Assembly (NCBI GenBank): GCA_900541355.1
Contig: UQJU01000002.1
Coordinates: forward strand, 7,987-71,986
Reading direction: 5' to 3'
DNA: 64,000 nt
DNA from: Candidatus Avelusimicrobium fimicolum
GTDB lineage: Bacteria > Elusimicrobiota > Elusimicrobia > Elusimicrobiales > Elusimicrobiaceae
Part shown: positions 19,064 to 28,267 of the stretch, piece after piece
Numbering within the stretch: the stretch's first letter is position 1
Layout of the letters: each line of letters opens with the position of its first letter
Position numbers and translations under genes: made by a program
The notes under the pieces: model-generated
Told to the model about the DNA's origin: nothing
What the model saw: only the letters and a program-made list of their open reading frames with translations
The model's database searches: none

Positions 19064-20047
19064 TTACCGCGGGAAAAACCGCGCCGCCAAGACCTTTTCG
19101 CGCCCTTGTTCAGTGCGCATCATTTGAATCTTGGCATCATATTTAGCCGCGTGAGCCGGGTCCAACTTTTTAGCAACCATATAGTTGGCCGTTGCCGCCA
19201 CGGGGTCCTCTACCGCCAACATATCGCCCATTAAATCATATGTCGGCACATACTGGCTGGCCAATTCCTTAGATTTGACAAGCAACCCGAGCGCATAATC
19301 TTTTTCCCCTTTGCGGTACATCAAATCACCCATATAATAATAGGCTAACGCATAGGTCGGCTTAATGGTTACGGCTTCTTCCAAATCGGCATACGCATTG
19401 GCAGGGTAACCCATTTTAATAAAGGCGCGGGCGCGCTCCAAATACGGGCGGGCATTATCAGGGTCCAAAGACATCATATAAGTATAATCATCAACCGCAG
19501 ATTCGTACTGCCCCAAAGCAAAGTAAGTAAGCCCGCGGTTTAAGAACAAAAGGGGTTCGTCTTGGCGGAGTTTAAACGCACTGTTAAAATCAGCCAAGGC
19601 AGAAGACGTGCGGCCCAAGCGGTAATATGCCAAGGCGCGGTTCATATAAGCCGTAAAATAGCGCGGGTTGCGGGCTAAGGCTTCGGTTAAGTAGAAGGCT
19701 GCATCCATATTGCGCCCCGTATCTACATAAAGAGCGCCCAAGTTGTTATACGTTTCGGGCAAATTGGGATTAGCCTCAATGGATTTTAAATAATCCTGCT
19801 CAGCATACGAGCGGTTCTTGACACGCTCCTGCGCGTTTTTAACGGGTAAGCGTTCCCACAAAAGGCCTCTGTTCGCCAAAGCGGCGGCATTTTGGGGCTG
19901 TTGTTTCAGCAAGCGGGTATAGAGTTGGATAGCCTGCGTAAAATTTCCCTTAGAAGTTGCCATTTGGGCTTCTTTAAATAACCGAGTGTCGCTGCTGCAA
20001 GCCGCGGCCAATAACAAGGCCGCCAAAACGATACATACTTTCTTCAT
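19064..20047 (-). CDS. TPR-repeat lipoprotein
   Basis: 327 aa. Lipoprotein signal MKKVCIVLAALLLAAACSS. Multiple TPR-like repeats (AxxYxNLG / YxRxxAY patterns). Confidence 0.7.
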   Translation of the reverse strand: MKKVCIVLAALLLAAACSSDTRLFKEAQMATSKGNFTQAIQLYTRLLKQQPQNAAALANRGLLWERLPVKNAQERVKNRSYAEQDYLKSIEANPNLPETYNNLGALYVDTGRNMDAAFYLTEALARNPRYFTAYMNRALAYYRLGRTSSALADFNSAFKLRQDEPLLFLNRGLTYFALGQYESAVDDYTYMMSLDPDNARPYLERARAFIKMGYPANAYADLEEAVTIKPTYALAYYYMGDLMYRKGEKDYALGLLVKSKELASQYVPTYDLMGDMLAVEDPVAATANYMVAKKLDPAHAAKYDAKIQMMRTEQGREKVLAARFFPR

Positions 20048-20532
20048 TTAGCCTCCCGTTTAGTAGCGTGAAAAAATAAAGACAATACAAATAAACACGC
20101 ACCAATGGTAATGAACGAGTCCGCCACGTTAAACACGGGCCAAACCCGAAAATCTAAAAAGTCCACTACAAAGCCTAACGTTATTCTATCATAAAGATTG
20201 CCCAATGCACCCGCCAAAATGAAAACAGCCCCCCATTTGACGAGTTTCCCGTGCGACGTTAGGTCCTTCCAACTAAACACCATATATGCAATTACGGCAA
20301 GCATTACAAAAATAAGTGCAAAATTGCCGTTTTGCATCATACCAAAAGCCGCGCCCGTATTTTCCACATACCGCAGGTGGAAAAACGGGCACAGTTCCAA
20401 AGGATTTTCCGGCAGCAGATACAAAGCCAATACTTTGGTTATGCGGTCCAAAAATAAAATTCCGGCAACGCCCCACAGCACCGCTTTGTTCTGCCCGCAC
20501 CAAGCAAGGGCGGTTTTCAGCCCTTTAAGCAT
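20044..20532 (-). CDS. lspA: Lipoprotein signal peptidase (signal peptidase II)
   Basis: Conserved motifs NTGAAFGM and FNVADSFITIGA. Start chosen at MLKGLK, an internal Met of ORF 20044-20736; the upstream 68 codons overlap ileS and are unlikely to be translated. The ileS-lspA synteny is classic. Confidence 0.8.
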   Translation of the reverse strand: MLKGLKTALAWCGQNKAVLWGVAGILFLDRITKVLALYLLPENPLELCPFFHLRYVENTGAAFGMMQNGNFALIFVMLAVIAYMVFSWKDLTSHGKLVKWGAVFILAGALGNLYDRITLGFVVDFLDFRVWPVFNVADSFITIGACLFVLSLFFHATKREAK

Positions 20533-23356
20533 CGGCTTTTTCCTCGCCGTCCACTTGGATATGCTCTTTTTCAAGCACCTCGGCGCAGCGGGCGCACAAG
20601 TCGGCATATTGCGTATTGGAACCGACATCTTCCTTCCATTGCCAACAGCGGGCGCATTTATGTCCGGCGGCGTGCTCGCAAGATACGGACAGTTCATCTG
20701 CTCCGTCCGCAATTTCCACCGCAGAGACAATGGCAATTTCCGGCCACAGGTCTTTGGTTTCCTGCAAAAATTCCTTCATTTCCGGTTTAGATGTTTTGAA
20801 AATGACCTTGGCTTCCAACGACGAGCCAATCACTCCTTTTTGACGGGCATCTTCCAACACTTTTTGTACGGTTTCACGCACGCGGCGGATTTTGTTCCAT
20901 TTTTCTTCCAACTTCACATCCGGAATCAGCGAAGCGTTTGCCGGCATATTGGAAAGGAAAATACTCTGCGGCAATTCACGCCCCAAGGCAGTTTTGCGCA
21001 GTTCCTGCCAAGCTTCTTCGGCCGTAAAGGAAAGCACCGGCGCCATTAATTGGAGCAGGGTTACCGCTATTTCCGCCAGCACGGTTTGCGCACTGCGGCG
21101 CGCCGGAGACGAAGCCCCGAGCGTATATAAGCGGTCTTTGGAAGCATCCAGCATAAAGGAGGACAAATCCAAAATACAGAAATCGGTAATAGCACGCATA
21201 GCGCGGCGGAAATTAAATTCCTCATAGCCGGCGTGGACTTCTTGGATTAACGCATCCAAGCGGCCCAACATATAGCGGTCCATTTCGGCTAATTCTTTAC
21301 CGGGGACCTGGTGCAAGGCCGGGTCGTAATCGGACAAGTTACCAAGTGCATAGCGCACCGTGTTGCGGATTTTGCGGTAGGTATCAATCGGCCCGCCCAA
21401 AATCTCGTCCGAAATGCGCACGTCGCCTTGGTAGTCGGCAAAGGACACCCACAAGCGCAAAATATCCGCACCGTATTTATTAATTACATCTTCGGGATCA
21501 ACGCTGTTGCCCAACGATTTGTGCATCGGGCGGCCTTGCTGGTCCAACACCATACCGTGCGTTAAAATGGTTTTAAACGGAGCGGTTCCCTCCAAGGTGA
21601 AAGACGGGATATACGAACTTTGGAACCAACCGCGGTGCTGGTCGGAGCCTTCGGAATATACATCCGCCGGAAAGTCCAAACCGCGGTCCTTTAATACCGC
21701 CGCCCAGGACACACCGGAATCCAACCAAACGTCTAAAATATCCGTTTCTTTTCTAAATTCGTGGCAACCGCAATCACAATGGTATCCTTCCGGCATTAAT
21801 TTTTCCACCGGGTCGGTAAACCAGAAATCGGAGCCTTCGTCCATAGCGCGCGTTTTAATGAAATCAAACAACTCGTGGTTGACCTGGGCTTTGCCGCATT
21901 TTTTGCAATACAAAATCGTTACGGGAGTGCCCCAGAAGCGTTGGCGGGACAAGCACCAATCTGGGCGCAAACCAATCATAGAGCGCATACGTTCCGCGCC
22001 GCCGGCAGGATAGAATTTGACGTTGGAGAGGTTGTCCATTAATTTCTGGCGCAAGCCGTCTTTATCAATACTCATAAACCATTGTTCCGTCGCGCGGAAA
22101 ATAATCGGGTTATGGCAGCGCCAGCAATGCGGATAACTGTGCGTAATTTCCTGCTCTTTAATAAGAGCGCCGGTTTCATCTAATTTTTTGACCATTAACG
22201 GGTTTGCTTCAAAAACGTGCATCCCTTCAAAAATGCCCGCATCCTTGGTATAGCAACCCTTTTCGTCCACGGGGCAGAAAGTTTCCAAACCCCATTGTTT
22301 GCCGGCGCGGAAATCGTCCTCGCCGTGGCCGGGAGCAATATGAACAATACCCGTACCCGCATCCATAGTTACAAAGTCGGTCCAAATAATCGGGTTTTCC
22401 TTGTGGGTAAGCGGGTGAAAATACTTCATCCCCACCAAATTGGCACCGGGCACCTTGCCCGCTTGGGTGCAATCCAAGCCGGATACTTTCAAAAATTCTT
22501 CCGCCAATTTTTCAGCCAAAATGTAATATTCCCGGGTGTTGGAATCTTGTAAAACAACGTAATCCTCGGTATTGGAAACGGCCGCCGCCATATTGGACGG
22601 AATCGTCCACGGCGTGGTAGTCCAAATAACAAGGCTGATGGGTTTTGCGTAATCCAAATCGCCCAATACTTCTTTATTGGGATTAGCCAATTTAAAGCGC
22701 AAATAAATAGACGAAGATTTTACATCTTTATATTCGGTTTCCGCGTCGGCAAGGGCCGTTTCGCAATGGGAACACCAGGTAATTGTTTTTTGGCCCTTAT
22801 AAACGTATCCTTTTTCAATTAAATCTAAAAATACACCAATGGTAACGCCTTCGTAGCGCGGGGACATCGTCAAATACGGGTTATCCCAATCGCCCTGCAC
22901 GCCCAAGCGCTTGAAACCTTGGCGTTGGATATCAATAAACTTTGCAGCAAAGGCGCGTGCTTTTTTGCGGAAAGCGGGCACATCCGTAATGTGCTTTTTA
23001 TCTTGTTTTAATTCTTTTAAAAGCGCCTGCTCAATCGGCAGTCCGTGGCAATCCCACCCCGGCACATACGGCGTATAACAGCCGGACATAGCGCGGCTTT
23101 TTAAAATAATATCCTTAATGGTTTTATCAAGTGCGTGTCCAATATGAATTTTTCCGTTGGCATAGGGCGGCCCGTCGTGCAAGACAAAGTGCCTGCCGGC
23201 CTCGTTCTTTTTGAGCATTGCTTCGTACAAATGGATAGATTTCCAAAAGTCTAAAATTTTAGGCTCTTTTTGCGCCAAACCGGCACGCATCGGGAAGTCC
23301 GTCTTGGGTAACAAAACGGTATGGGAATACTTATTTTTTGCCATTGAAAAATTCAC
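20525..23356 (-). CDS. ileS: Isoleucine--tRNA ligase
   Basis: 943 aa. HIGH region PYANGKIHIGHA and KMSKS region are present, along with the C-terminal zinc finger CxxC ... CxRC. Confidence 0.95.
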   Translation of the reverse strand: MNFSMAKNKYSHTVLLPKTDFPMRAGLAQKEPKILDFWKSIHLYEAMLKKNEAGRHFVLHDGPPYANGKIHIGHALDKTIKDIILKSRAMSGCYTPYVPGWDCHGLPIEQALLKELKQDKKHITDVPAFRKKARAFAAKFIDIQRQGFKRLGVQGDWDNPYLTMSPRYEGVTIGVFLDLIEKGYVYKGQKTITWCSHCETALADAETEYKDVKSSSIYLRFKLANPNKEVLGDLDYAKPISLVIWTTTPWTIPSNMAAAVSNTEDYVVLQDSNTREYYILAEKLAEEFLKVSGLDCTQAGKVPGANLVGMKYFHPLTHKENPIIWTDFVTMDAGTGIVHIAPGHGEDDFRAGKQWGLETFCPVDEKGCYTKDAGIFEGMHVFEANPLMVKKLDETGALIKEQEITHSYPHCWRCHNPIIFRATEQWFMSIDKDGLRQKLMDNLSNVKFYPAGGAERMRSMIGLRPDWCLSRQRFWGTPVTILYCKKCGKAQVNHELFDFIKTRAMDEGSDFWFTDPVEKLMPEGYHCDCGCHEFRKETDILDVWLDSGVSWAAVLKDRGLDFPADVYSEGSDQHRGWFQSSYIPSFTLEGTAPFKTILTHGMVLDQQGRPMHKSLGNSVDPEDVINKYGADILRLWVSFADYQGDVRISDEILGGPIDTYRKIRNTVRYALGNLSDYDPALHQVPGKELAEMDRYMLGRLDALIQEVHAGYEEFNFRRAMRAITDFCILDLSSFMLDASKDRLYTLGASSPARRSAQTVLAEIAVTLLQLMAPVLSFTAEEAWQELRKTALGRELPQSIFLSNMPANASLIPDVKLEEKWNKIRRVRETVQKVLEDARQKGVIGSSLEAKVIFKTSKPEMKEFLQETKDLWPEIAIVSAVEIADGADELSVSCEHAAGHKCARCWQWKEDVGSNTQYADLCARCAEVLEKEHIQVDGEEKADA

Positions 23357-23416
23357 TCCAAATATAAGGATAATTATATTATAGAAAATTTAAAGAAAAG
23401 AAAACGCACCTAAACG

Positions 23417-23956
23417 CTAAAAACTCCACCACTCCGATTCTTCCTGTCGCGCACCCATTGCTTTACAAAACCGGGCACCCTCTTTGGCTGCTTGGGCATC
23501 CACCTCCGCGGTAGTAAAAGAACATTCCCGGCCAAAAAAACCTTTCCCATCCAAAAGCCACGGAATAAACGTAATACGAAAAGCGGCTGGAAGCGTATCA
23601 TCAACTCCTAAAACAGTAAGGAAAGGCTCCTTTATAATGATAAGTTCTGTTTTATTTTTTCTATATGTAGAAATAATTTCCGGGTTTGGGGAAAAATTGT
23701 GAAATTCGCCATTTGAGCCGGACACTCCATTTTGAAAACCACTAAATGAAATATCCAAATCTTCCCAGTTTTGGGTAAATGTACCATTTGCCAAATAATA
23801 CATCCGCTCCGCCTTGTAAATTTGCTCCACATAGGAACGCAAATTTCCATACTTTACCCTAGCAACAGCCTTTTGGTATTGGGGCACGGAAACCGACACC
23901 AAAATACCTAAAATCAAAACAACCACCAACATTTCTACAAGCGTAAAACCTTTCAT
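23417..23956 (-). CDS. Prepilin-type N-terminal cleavage/methylation domain protein (type IV pilin/pseudopilin-like)
   Basis: Start at MKGFTLVEMLVVVLILGILVSV, a class III signal with Gly-1, Phe+1, Glu+5. The upstream 31 codons of ORF 23417-24049 overlap the DtxR-family gene. Confidence 0.7.
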   Translation of the reverse strand: MKGFTLVEMLVVVLILGILVSVSVPQYQKAVARVKYGNLRSYVEQIYKAERMYYLANGTFTQNWEDLDISFSGFQNGVSGSNGEFHNFSPNPEIISTYRKNKTELIIIKEPFLTVLGVDDTLPAAFRITFIPWLLDGKGFFGRECSFTTAEVDAQAAKEGARFCKAMGARQEESEWWSF

Positions 23957-23957
23957 A

Positions 23958-24341
23958 TTATCTTTCCTCGCCCGTTTGCTTGTGCAAATAATCGTGCAGT
24001 TTTTCAAGTGTTTCGCGGCTAATGGTATGCTCCATTTTACAAGCATCAATATCAGCCGTTCTTGGCGTTACGCCCAACACTTGTATTAAAAAACGGCTCA
24101 AAATAGCGTGGCGCTTTTTAACGTCCTCAGCGGCGCGGCGGCCTTTGGCGGTCAGTTCAATGCCCTTATAGGGTTGGTGAACCATATATCCGGCTTCCGT
24201 CAGCGCCTTTACCGCTCCCGTAACGCTGGGGGTTTTTACGCCCAACATGTCGCGGATATCGCTCACGCGGGCAATGCCTGCCTCGTTGGCACAAAGCGAA
24301 ACGGCCTCTAAATAATCTTCCATATTAGACGTTAATTTCAT
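23958..24341 (-). CDS. DtxR/MntR family metal-dependent transcriptional repressor
   Basis: 127 aa. MEDYLEAV ... ARVSDIRDMLGVKTPSVTGAVKALTEAGY is the helix-turn-helix typical of the DtxR family, with a metal-binding helix following. Confidence 0.75.
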   Translation of the reverse strand: MKLTSNMEDYLEAVSLCANEAGIARVSDIRDMLGVKTPSVTGAVKALTEAGYMVHQPYKGIELTAKGRRAAEDVKKRHAILSRFLIQVLGVTPRTADIDACKMEHTISRETLEKLHDYLHKQTGEER

Positions 24342-24447
24342 ACTTTTCCCCCGTAAGGCATTTGTGTATATCTTAACATATTTTTATTCTCTTGCTTTTG
24401 CCCGGTAGATTTGCTTATATGGGAGTATCCCCCTCCAAGGAGCGTTT

Positions 24448-25797
24448 ATGGACACGAATACTTACATCGCCGGTTTTATGGAAACACAAGTAAAAAAGGA
24501 CCCCGCCCAAAAGGTTTTTCATCAGGCGGTGTTTGAAGTAGTCAGCACCTTAAAGCCCGTTTTGGAGCAAAAGCCCCTGTACATCAAAGAACGCATTTTA
24601 GAGCGTATCGTAGAGCCGGAACGCACCATTATTTTCCGCGTGCCGTGGCAAGACGACAAAGGCGAAATTCACGTCAACCGCGGGTTCCGCGTGCAATACA
24701 ACAGCGCCCTAGGCCCCTATAAAGGCGGGATGCGCTTTCACGCCACGGTTACGCAGGATGTACTTAAATTTTTAGGGTTTGAACAAGTCTTTAAAAACAG
24801 TTTAACCACCCTCCCGTTAGGCGGCGGAAAAGGCGGAAGTGATTTTGACACGCGCGGCAAGTCCGACAGCGAAGTAATGCGCTTTTGCCACTCCTTTATC
24901 AACGAACTTTACCACCATATTGGCTATCACACCGATATCCCGGCAGGCGACCTGGGCTGCGGGGCGCGCGAAATCGGTTATATGTTCGGGCAATACAAAA
25001 AATTAACCAACGATTTTACGGGTGCGTTTACCGGTAAAAAACCCAACTGGGGCGGCAGCCTTTTACGCCCGGAAGCCACCGGCTACGGCGTGGCGTATTT
25101 TGCCCAAGAAATGCTGGCAACACGCGGGGACAGTTTAAAAGGAAAAACGTGTATCGTTTCCGGCACGGGAAATGTGGGTATTTACGCCATAGAAAAATTA
25201 ACGCAGTTGGGCGGAAAAGTTGTCGGGTTTATGGACTACGACGGGAGCATTTACGACAGCCACGGGGTAGATGAGGAAAAACTGGCCTTCTTAAAAGATT
25301 TGGTATTTGTCCGCCGTGGAAGTTTAAAAGAATATTCCAAAAAATTTAAAGAGGCCCAATTCCGTCCGGCCCAAAAGACGTGGGATATCCCGTGTGAGGT
25401 GGCCTGCCCCACCGCGTGCGAAAACGAACTGAACGAAACAGATGCCAAAACGCTCCTTAAAAATGGTTGCAAATGCGTCTGCGAAGGCTCCAATATGCCT
25501 TGCACGCCAGGCGCGATTGCGGCTTTTCAAGCGGCTGATATTTTGTATTCCCCCGGCAAGGCTTCCAACGCGGGCGGTGTGGCGGTGTCCGGTTTAGAGA
25601 TGACACAAAACAGTATGCGCGTGTATTGGACACGCGAGGAAGTGGATAAATACTTACAGCGCATTATGTCCAATATTCACGCCAGTTGTCTATCGTCTGC
25701 GGCGGAATACGGTTTGGCAGGCAATTATATGGCGGGTGCAAATATTGCGGGCTTTAAAAAAGTAGCCGACGCTATGATAGACCAAGGGTTAGTGTAA
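24448..25797 (+). CDS. gdhA: NADP-specific glutamate dehydrogenase
   Basis: 449 aa. LPLGGGKGGSDFDTRGKSD is the Glu/Leu/Phe/Val dehydrogenase active-site signature. Confidence 0.9.
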   Translation: MDTNTYIAGFMETQVKKDPAQKVFHQAVFEVVSTLKPVLEQKPLYIKERILERIVEPERTIIFRVPWQDDKGEIHVNRGFRVQYNSALGPYKGGMRFHATVTQDVLKFLGFEQVFKNSLTTLPLGGGKGGSDFDTRGKSDSEVMRFCHSFINELYHHIGYHTDIPAGDLGCGAREIGYMFGQYKKLTNDFTGAFTGKKPNWGGSLLRPEATGYGVAYFAQEMLATRGDSLKGKTCIVSGTGNVGIYAIEKLTQLGGKVVGFMDYDGSIYDSHGVDEEKLAFLKDLVFVRRGSLKEYSKKFKEAQFRPAQKTWDIPCEVACPTACENELNETDAKTLLKNGCKCVCEGSNMPCTPGAIAAFQAADILYSPGKASNAGGVAVSGLEMTQNSMRVYWTREEVDKYLQRIMSNIHASCLSSAAEYGLAGNYMAGANIAGFKKVADAMIDQGLV

Positions 25798-25829
25798 TCA
25801 CTCTGCTGTCTTTTGATGACAGATAATGT

Positions 25830-25876
25830 AAAAATCCGGGTTCCCACCTACAAGGAACCCGGATTAATAATTTTTA
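25830..25876. terminator. Bidirectional rho-independent terminator between gdhA and the DAACS transporter
   Basis: Hairpin aaaaatccgggttcc-cacctacaa-ggaacccggatt followed by tttt. Confidence 0.65.
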
Positions 25877-25887
25877 CATCTTTCTTG

Positions 25888-27111
25888 CTAATTGGCCGGC
25901 GCACTCGGCGCAGGCTGTTGCGGGGCGCGGCGGGAATATATTTTATTCACTATGACCGCAATAGACCCGTCCCCGGTTACGTTGCACGCCGTACCGAAAG
26001 AGTCCATCGCAATATAAAGCGCAATCATTAGGCCGAGTTCCGCTTCGCCAAAGCCAAGCATACTTTGCAAAATACCCAATGCCGCCATAATGGCCCCACC
26101 CGGCACACCGGGAGCCGCCACCATTGTTACCCCCAGCATACAAATAAACCCGGCAAACTGTTCAAAAGGCATATTCATCCCGCTCATAAATACGATAGCC
26201 AAAGCACAGGCCACAATCTTCATTGTACTGCCGGAAAGGTGAATCGTAGCGCACAAGGGCACCACAAAGCCGGCCACCTCTTCGCGCACGCCTATTTTGA
26301 CCGTTTGTTTAAGCGTTACGGGAATTGTAGCCGCAGAGGACTGCGTTCCCAAAGCCGTCATATAGGCGACCAACATTGTTTTGAGCATACTAAACGGATT
26401 CTTCCGCGCAATTACCCCCGCCAACACAAATTGCAACACAAGCATTACGGCCGTTATCGCAAAAATAAGTACGATAATTTTGGCAAATACGCCAAGTACA
26501 GAAACAACCTGCCCGGCGACCGTCATATTTAAAAAAATGCCAAAAATGTAATACGGAAGCAGCGGGATAATCACGCGCGCAATCACACGGTCAATAATAT
26601 CGCGCAAATCCAGCATTACCCCCTTTAAACGGCTCCCCTGGATAACCGCCATACCAAGCCCCAATGTAAAAGCCAGCACCAGGGCTGTCATTACGTCCAT
26701 TAAAGGCGGCATTGCCACCGTAAAATAGGGCTTTAATTCCGCCCCTGCGGCAAACTGCGTCGTTTTAGCGGTGGTATCCAGCAAATAAGGGAAAGTTAAT
26801 TCGGAAATGCCATAACTAAAAAACCCTGATGCCAGCGTAAACCCATATGCAAGCACAGCCGTAATAAAAAGGAGCCTGCCCGCACTGCGCCCCAATTCGG
26901 CAATTCCCGGAGCCACCAAGCCCACAATCAGCAACGGAATAATAAAACCCAAAAAGTTGCCAAACAAACCGTTAAAGGTTAGCGACACGCGCACCAGCCA
27001 CTCCGGAAAGAACAGACCGCACGCAATACCCGCCGCAATAGCGCAAATCACGCCCGGCAGTAAACCCCATTTTAATTTAAGGTGTAATTTTCTTTTTTTG
27101 AATTTAATCAT
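25888..27111 (-). CDS. Dicarboxylate/amino acid:cation symporter (DAACS family)
   Basis: 407 aa polytopic protein. Conserved re-entrant loop region (GSTMKIVACALAIVF ... AGFVVPLCATIHLSGS) is typical of GltP/SstT-like carriers. Confidence 0.8.
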   Translation of the reverse strand: MIKFKKRKLHLKLKWGLLPGVICAIAAGIACGLFFPEWLVRVSLTFNGLFGNFLGFIIPLLIVGLVAPGIAELGRSAGRLLFITAVLAYGFTLASGFFSYGISELTFPYLLDTTAKTTQFAAGAELKPYFTVAMPPLMDVMTALVLAFTLGLGMAVIQGSRLKGVMLDLRDIIDRVIARVIIPLLPYYIFGIFLNMTVAGQVVSVLGVFAKIIVLIFAITAVMLVLQFVLAGVIARKNPFSMLKTMLVAYMTALGTQSSAATIPVTLKQTVKIGVREEVAGFVVPLCATIHLSGSTMKIVACALAIVFMSGMNMPFEQFAGFICMLGVTMVAAPGVPGGAIMAALGILQSMLGFGEAELGLMIALYIAMDSFGTACNVTGDGSIAVIVNKIYSRRAPQQPAPSAPAN

Positions 27112-27190
27112 ATATACTCTTTTGGCACAACATTTCTATTATACGAATTTGAACTAAACAGCGGTACTATTTTATCTGCGTGCGCCCATT

Positions 27191-27199
27191 TGCTAAAAT
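27191..27199 (+). promoter_or_regulatory. Extended -10 element TGCTAAAAT immediately upstream of the RNase H-like gene (predicted leaderless)
   Basis: The 9-mer ends 6 nt before ATG 27206. The GTG at 27200, where the ORF track starts, abuts the -10 element and so cannot be downstream of the transcription start. Confidence 0.45.
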
Positions 27200-27205
27200 G
27201 TGGAT

Positions 27206-27787
27206 ATGCAAGTAAAAATTAATATTGACGGCGGCAGCCGCGGGAACCCCGGGCCGGGAGCCTCGGCCTATGTGATTTGCGCTATGGACGGAAAAATTTT
27301 AGCGCAAGAGGGGCATTTTATGCCCCATTGTACCAACAACCAGGCGGAATACACCGCGTTGAAACTCGCGCTTATCAAGGCTGCGGAACTGGGGGCTACG
27401 GAACTTTTTATTATTTCGGATTCCTTACTTTTAGTAAAACAATATTTGGGTGAATATAAGATTAAAAACCCCGATTTAGCCGCCCGTATGCTGGTTATCC
27501 GCCGTTTGGCCGCGCGGTTTACTGTGCATATCAAACACGTTTTGCGCCATTTGAATAAGGCACCTGATGCGCTGGCCAATAAGGCAATGGATGCCAAACA
27601 ATCGGTCGGGTATAACCCGATTAAACACTTGCCGGAAGATGACGAGATTTTTGATGCACCGGCGGATAAAACCAATGTCGTAAACGGTGTAGAGATAGCC
27701 CCGGTCGTGCGGGAAGAAAAAAAGCCTGCCGCTAAAAAGGGAAAAAAGCAATCCTCCGAGCAAATGGATTTGTTCGGCGGGTTTTAA
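27206..27787 (+). CDS. RNase H type-1 fold protein (RNase HI-like) with Lys-rich C-terminal tail
   Basis: INIDGGSRGNPGPGASAYVI ... TNNQAEYTALKLAL ... IISDS supplies the DxG, E and D catalytic residues of the RNase H fold. Confidence 0.7.
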   Translation: MQVKINIDGGSRGNPGPGASAYVICAMDGKILAQEGHFMPHCTNNQAEYTALKLALIKAAELGATELFIISDSLLLVKQYLGEYKIKNPDLAARMLVIRRLAARFTVHIKHVLRHLNKAPDALANKAMDAKQSVGYNPIKHLPEDDEIFDAPADKTNVVNGVEIAPVVREEKKPAAKKGKKQSSEQMDLFGGF

Positions 27788-27794
27788 TTAATTT

Positions 27795-27803
27795 TGCTAC
27801 AAT
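27795..27803 (+). promoter_or_regulatory. Extended -10 element TGCTACAAT for rnpB
   Basis: TGnTAcAAT lies about 7 nt upstream of the inferred RNase P RNA 5' end. Confidence 0.45.
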
Positions 27804-27809
27804 ATTTTG

Positions 27810-28150
27810 GGCAACCCAGATAACCGCTCCCGGCCAATTTCGGTTTGGGGGAGGAACTTCCGGACTCCACAGGGCAAGTGCGCCGCTTGAAAAGGCGGGA
27901 CGGCGGGGCCATATCACCCCGCTGGACGGAAAGTACAACAGAAAACAAACCGCCCGCAAGGGTAAGGGTGAAATGGTGCGGTAAGAGCGCACCGCGCGTT
28001 TAGCAATAAACGCGGCACGGCAAACCCCGCACGGAGCAAGGCCAAACCGGTCCACACGCGGCCCGCGTTCGCGACCAAGTAGGCCGCCAAGAGTAATGGT
28101 TATCACAGCCTGAAAGGGCTGACAGAATCCGGGGTATCGGTTGCTTATCC
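27810..28150 (+). ncRNA. rnpB: RNase P RNA (bacterial type A)
   Basis: Universally conserved blocks are present: GGAGGAAcuuCCGGacUCCACAGGGCA (P4 5' strand), AACAGAAAACAAACCGCC, GGGUAAGGGUGAAAuGGUGCGGUAAGAGCGCACCGCG (P10-P12 region), GGAGCAAGGCCAAACC, and GACAGAAUCCGGgGUAUCGG (P4 3' strand). 5' gataaccg pairs with 3' cggttgcttatc as P1. A terminator hairpin follows at 28150-28178. Ends are approximate to within about 5 nt. Confidence 0.85.
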
Positions 28151-28267
28151 GCGCTTTCAACCAGGGAGCGCGGATTTTTATATATAGGTCCCATATCAAA
28201 TTTAGGTCTTTTGGCTCTGTTTTTTTGCTCAAAAAACTATTATACTGATAATATTAACGGAGAACTT

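Noticed and set aside
20198-21049. 283-aa plus-strand ORF
   Set aside because: Antisense to lspA/ileS with no motifs; typical long antisense ORF in a highly expressed gene.
27732-28232. 166-aa and 64-aa minus-strand ORFs
   Set aside because: They lie entirely within the RNase P RNA gene, have no recognisable protein features, and are products of the GC-rich structured RNA.
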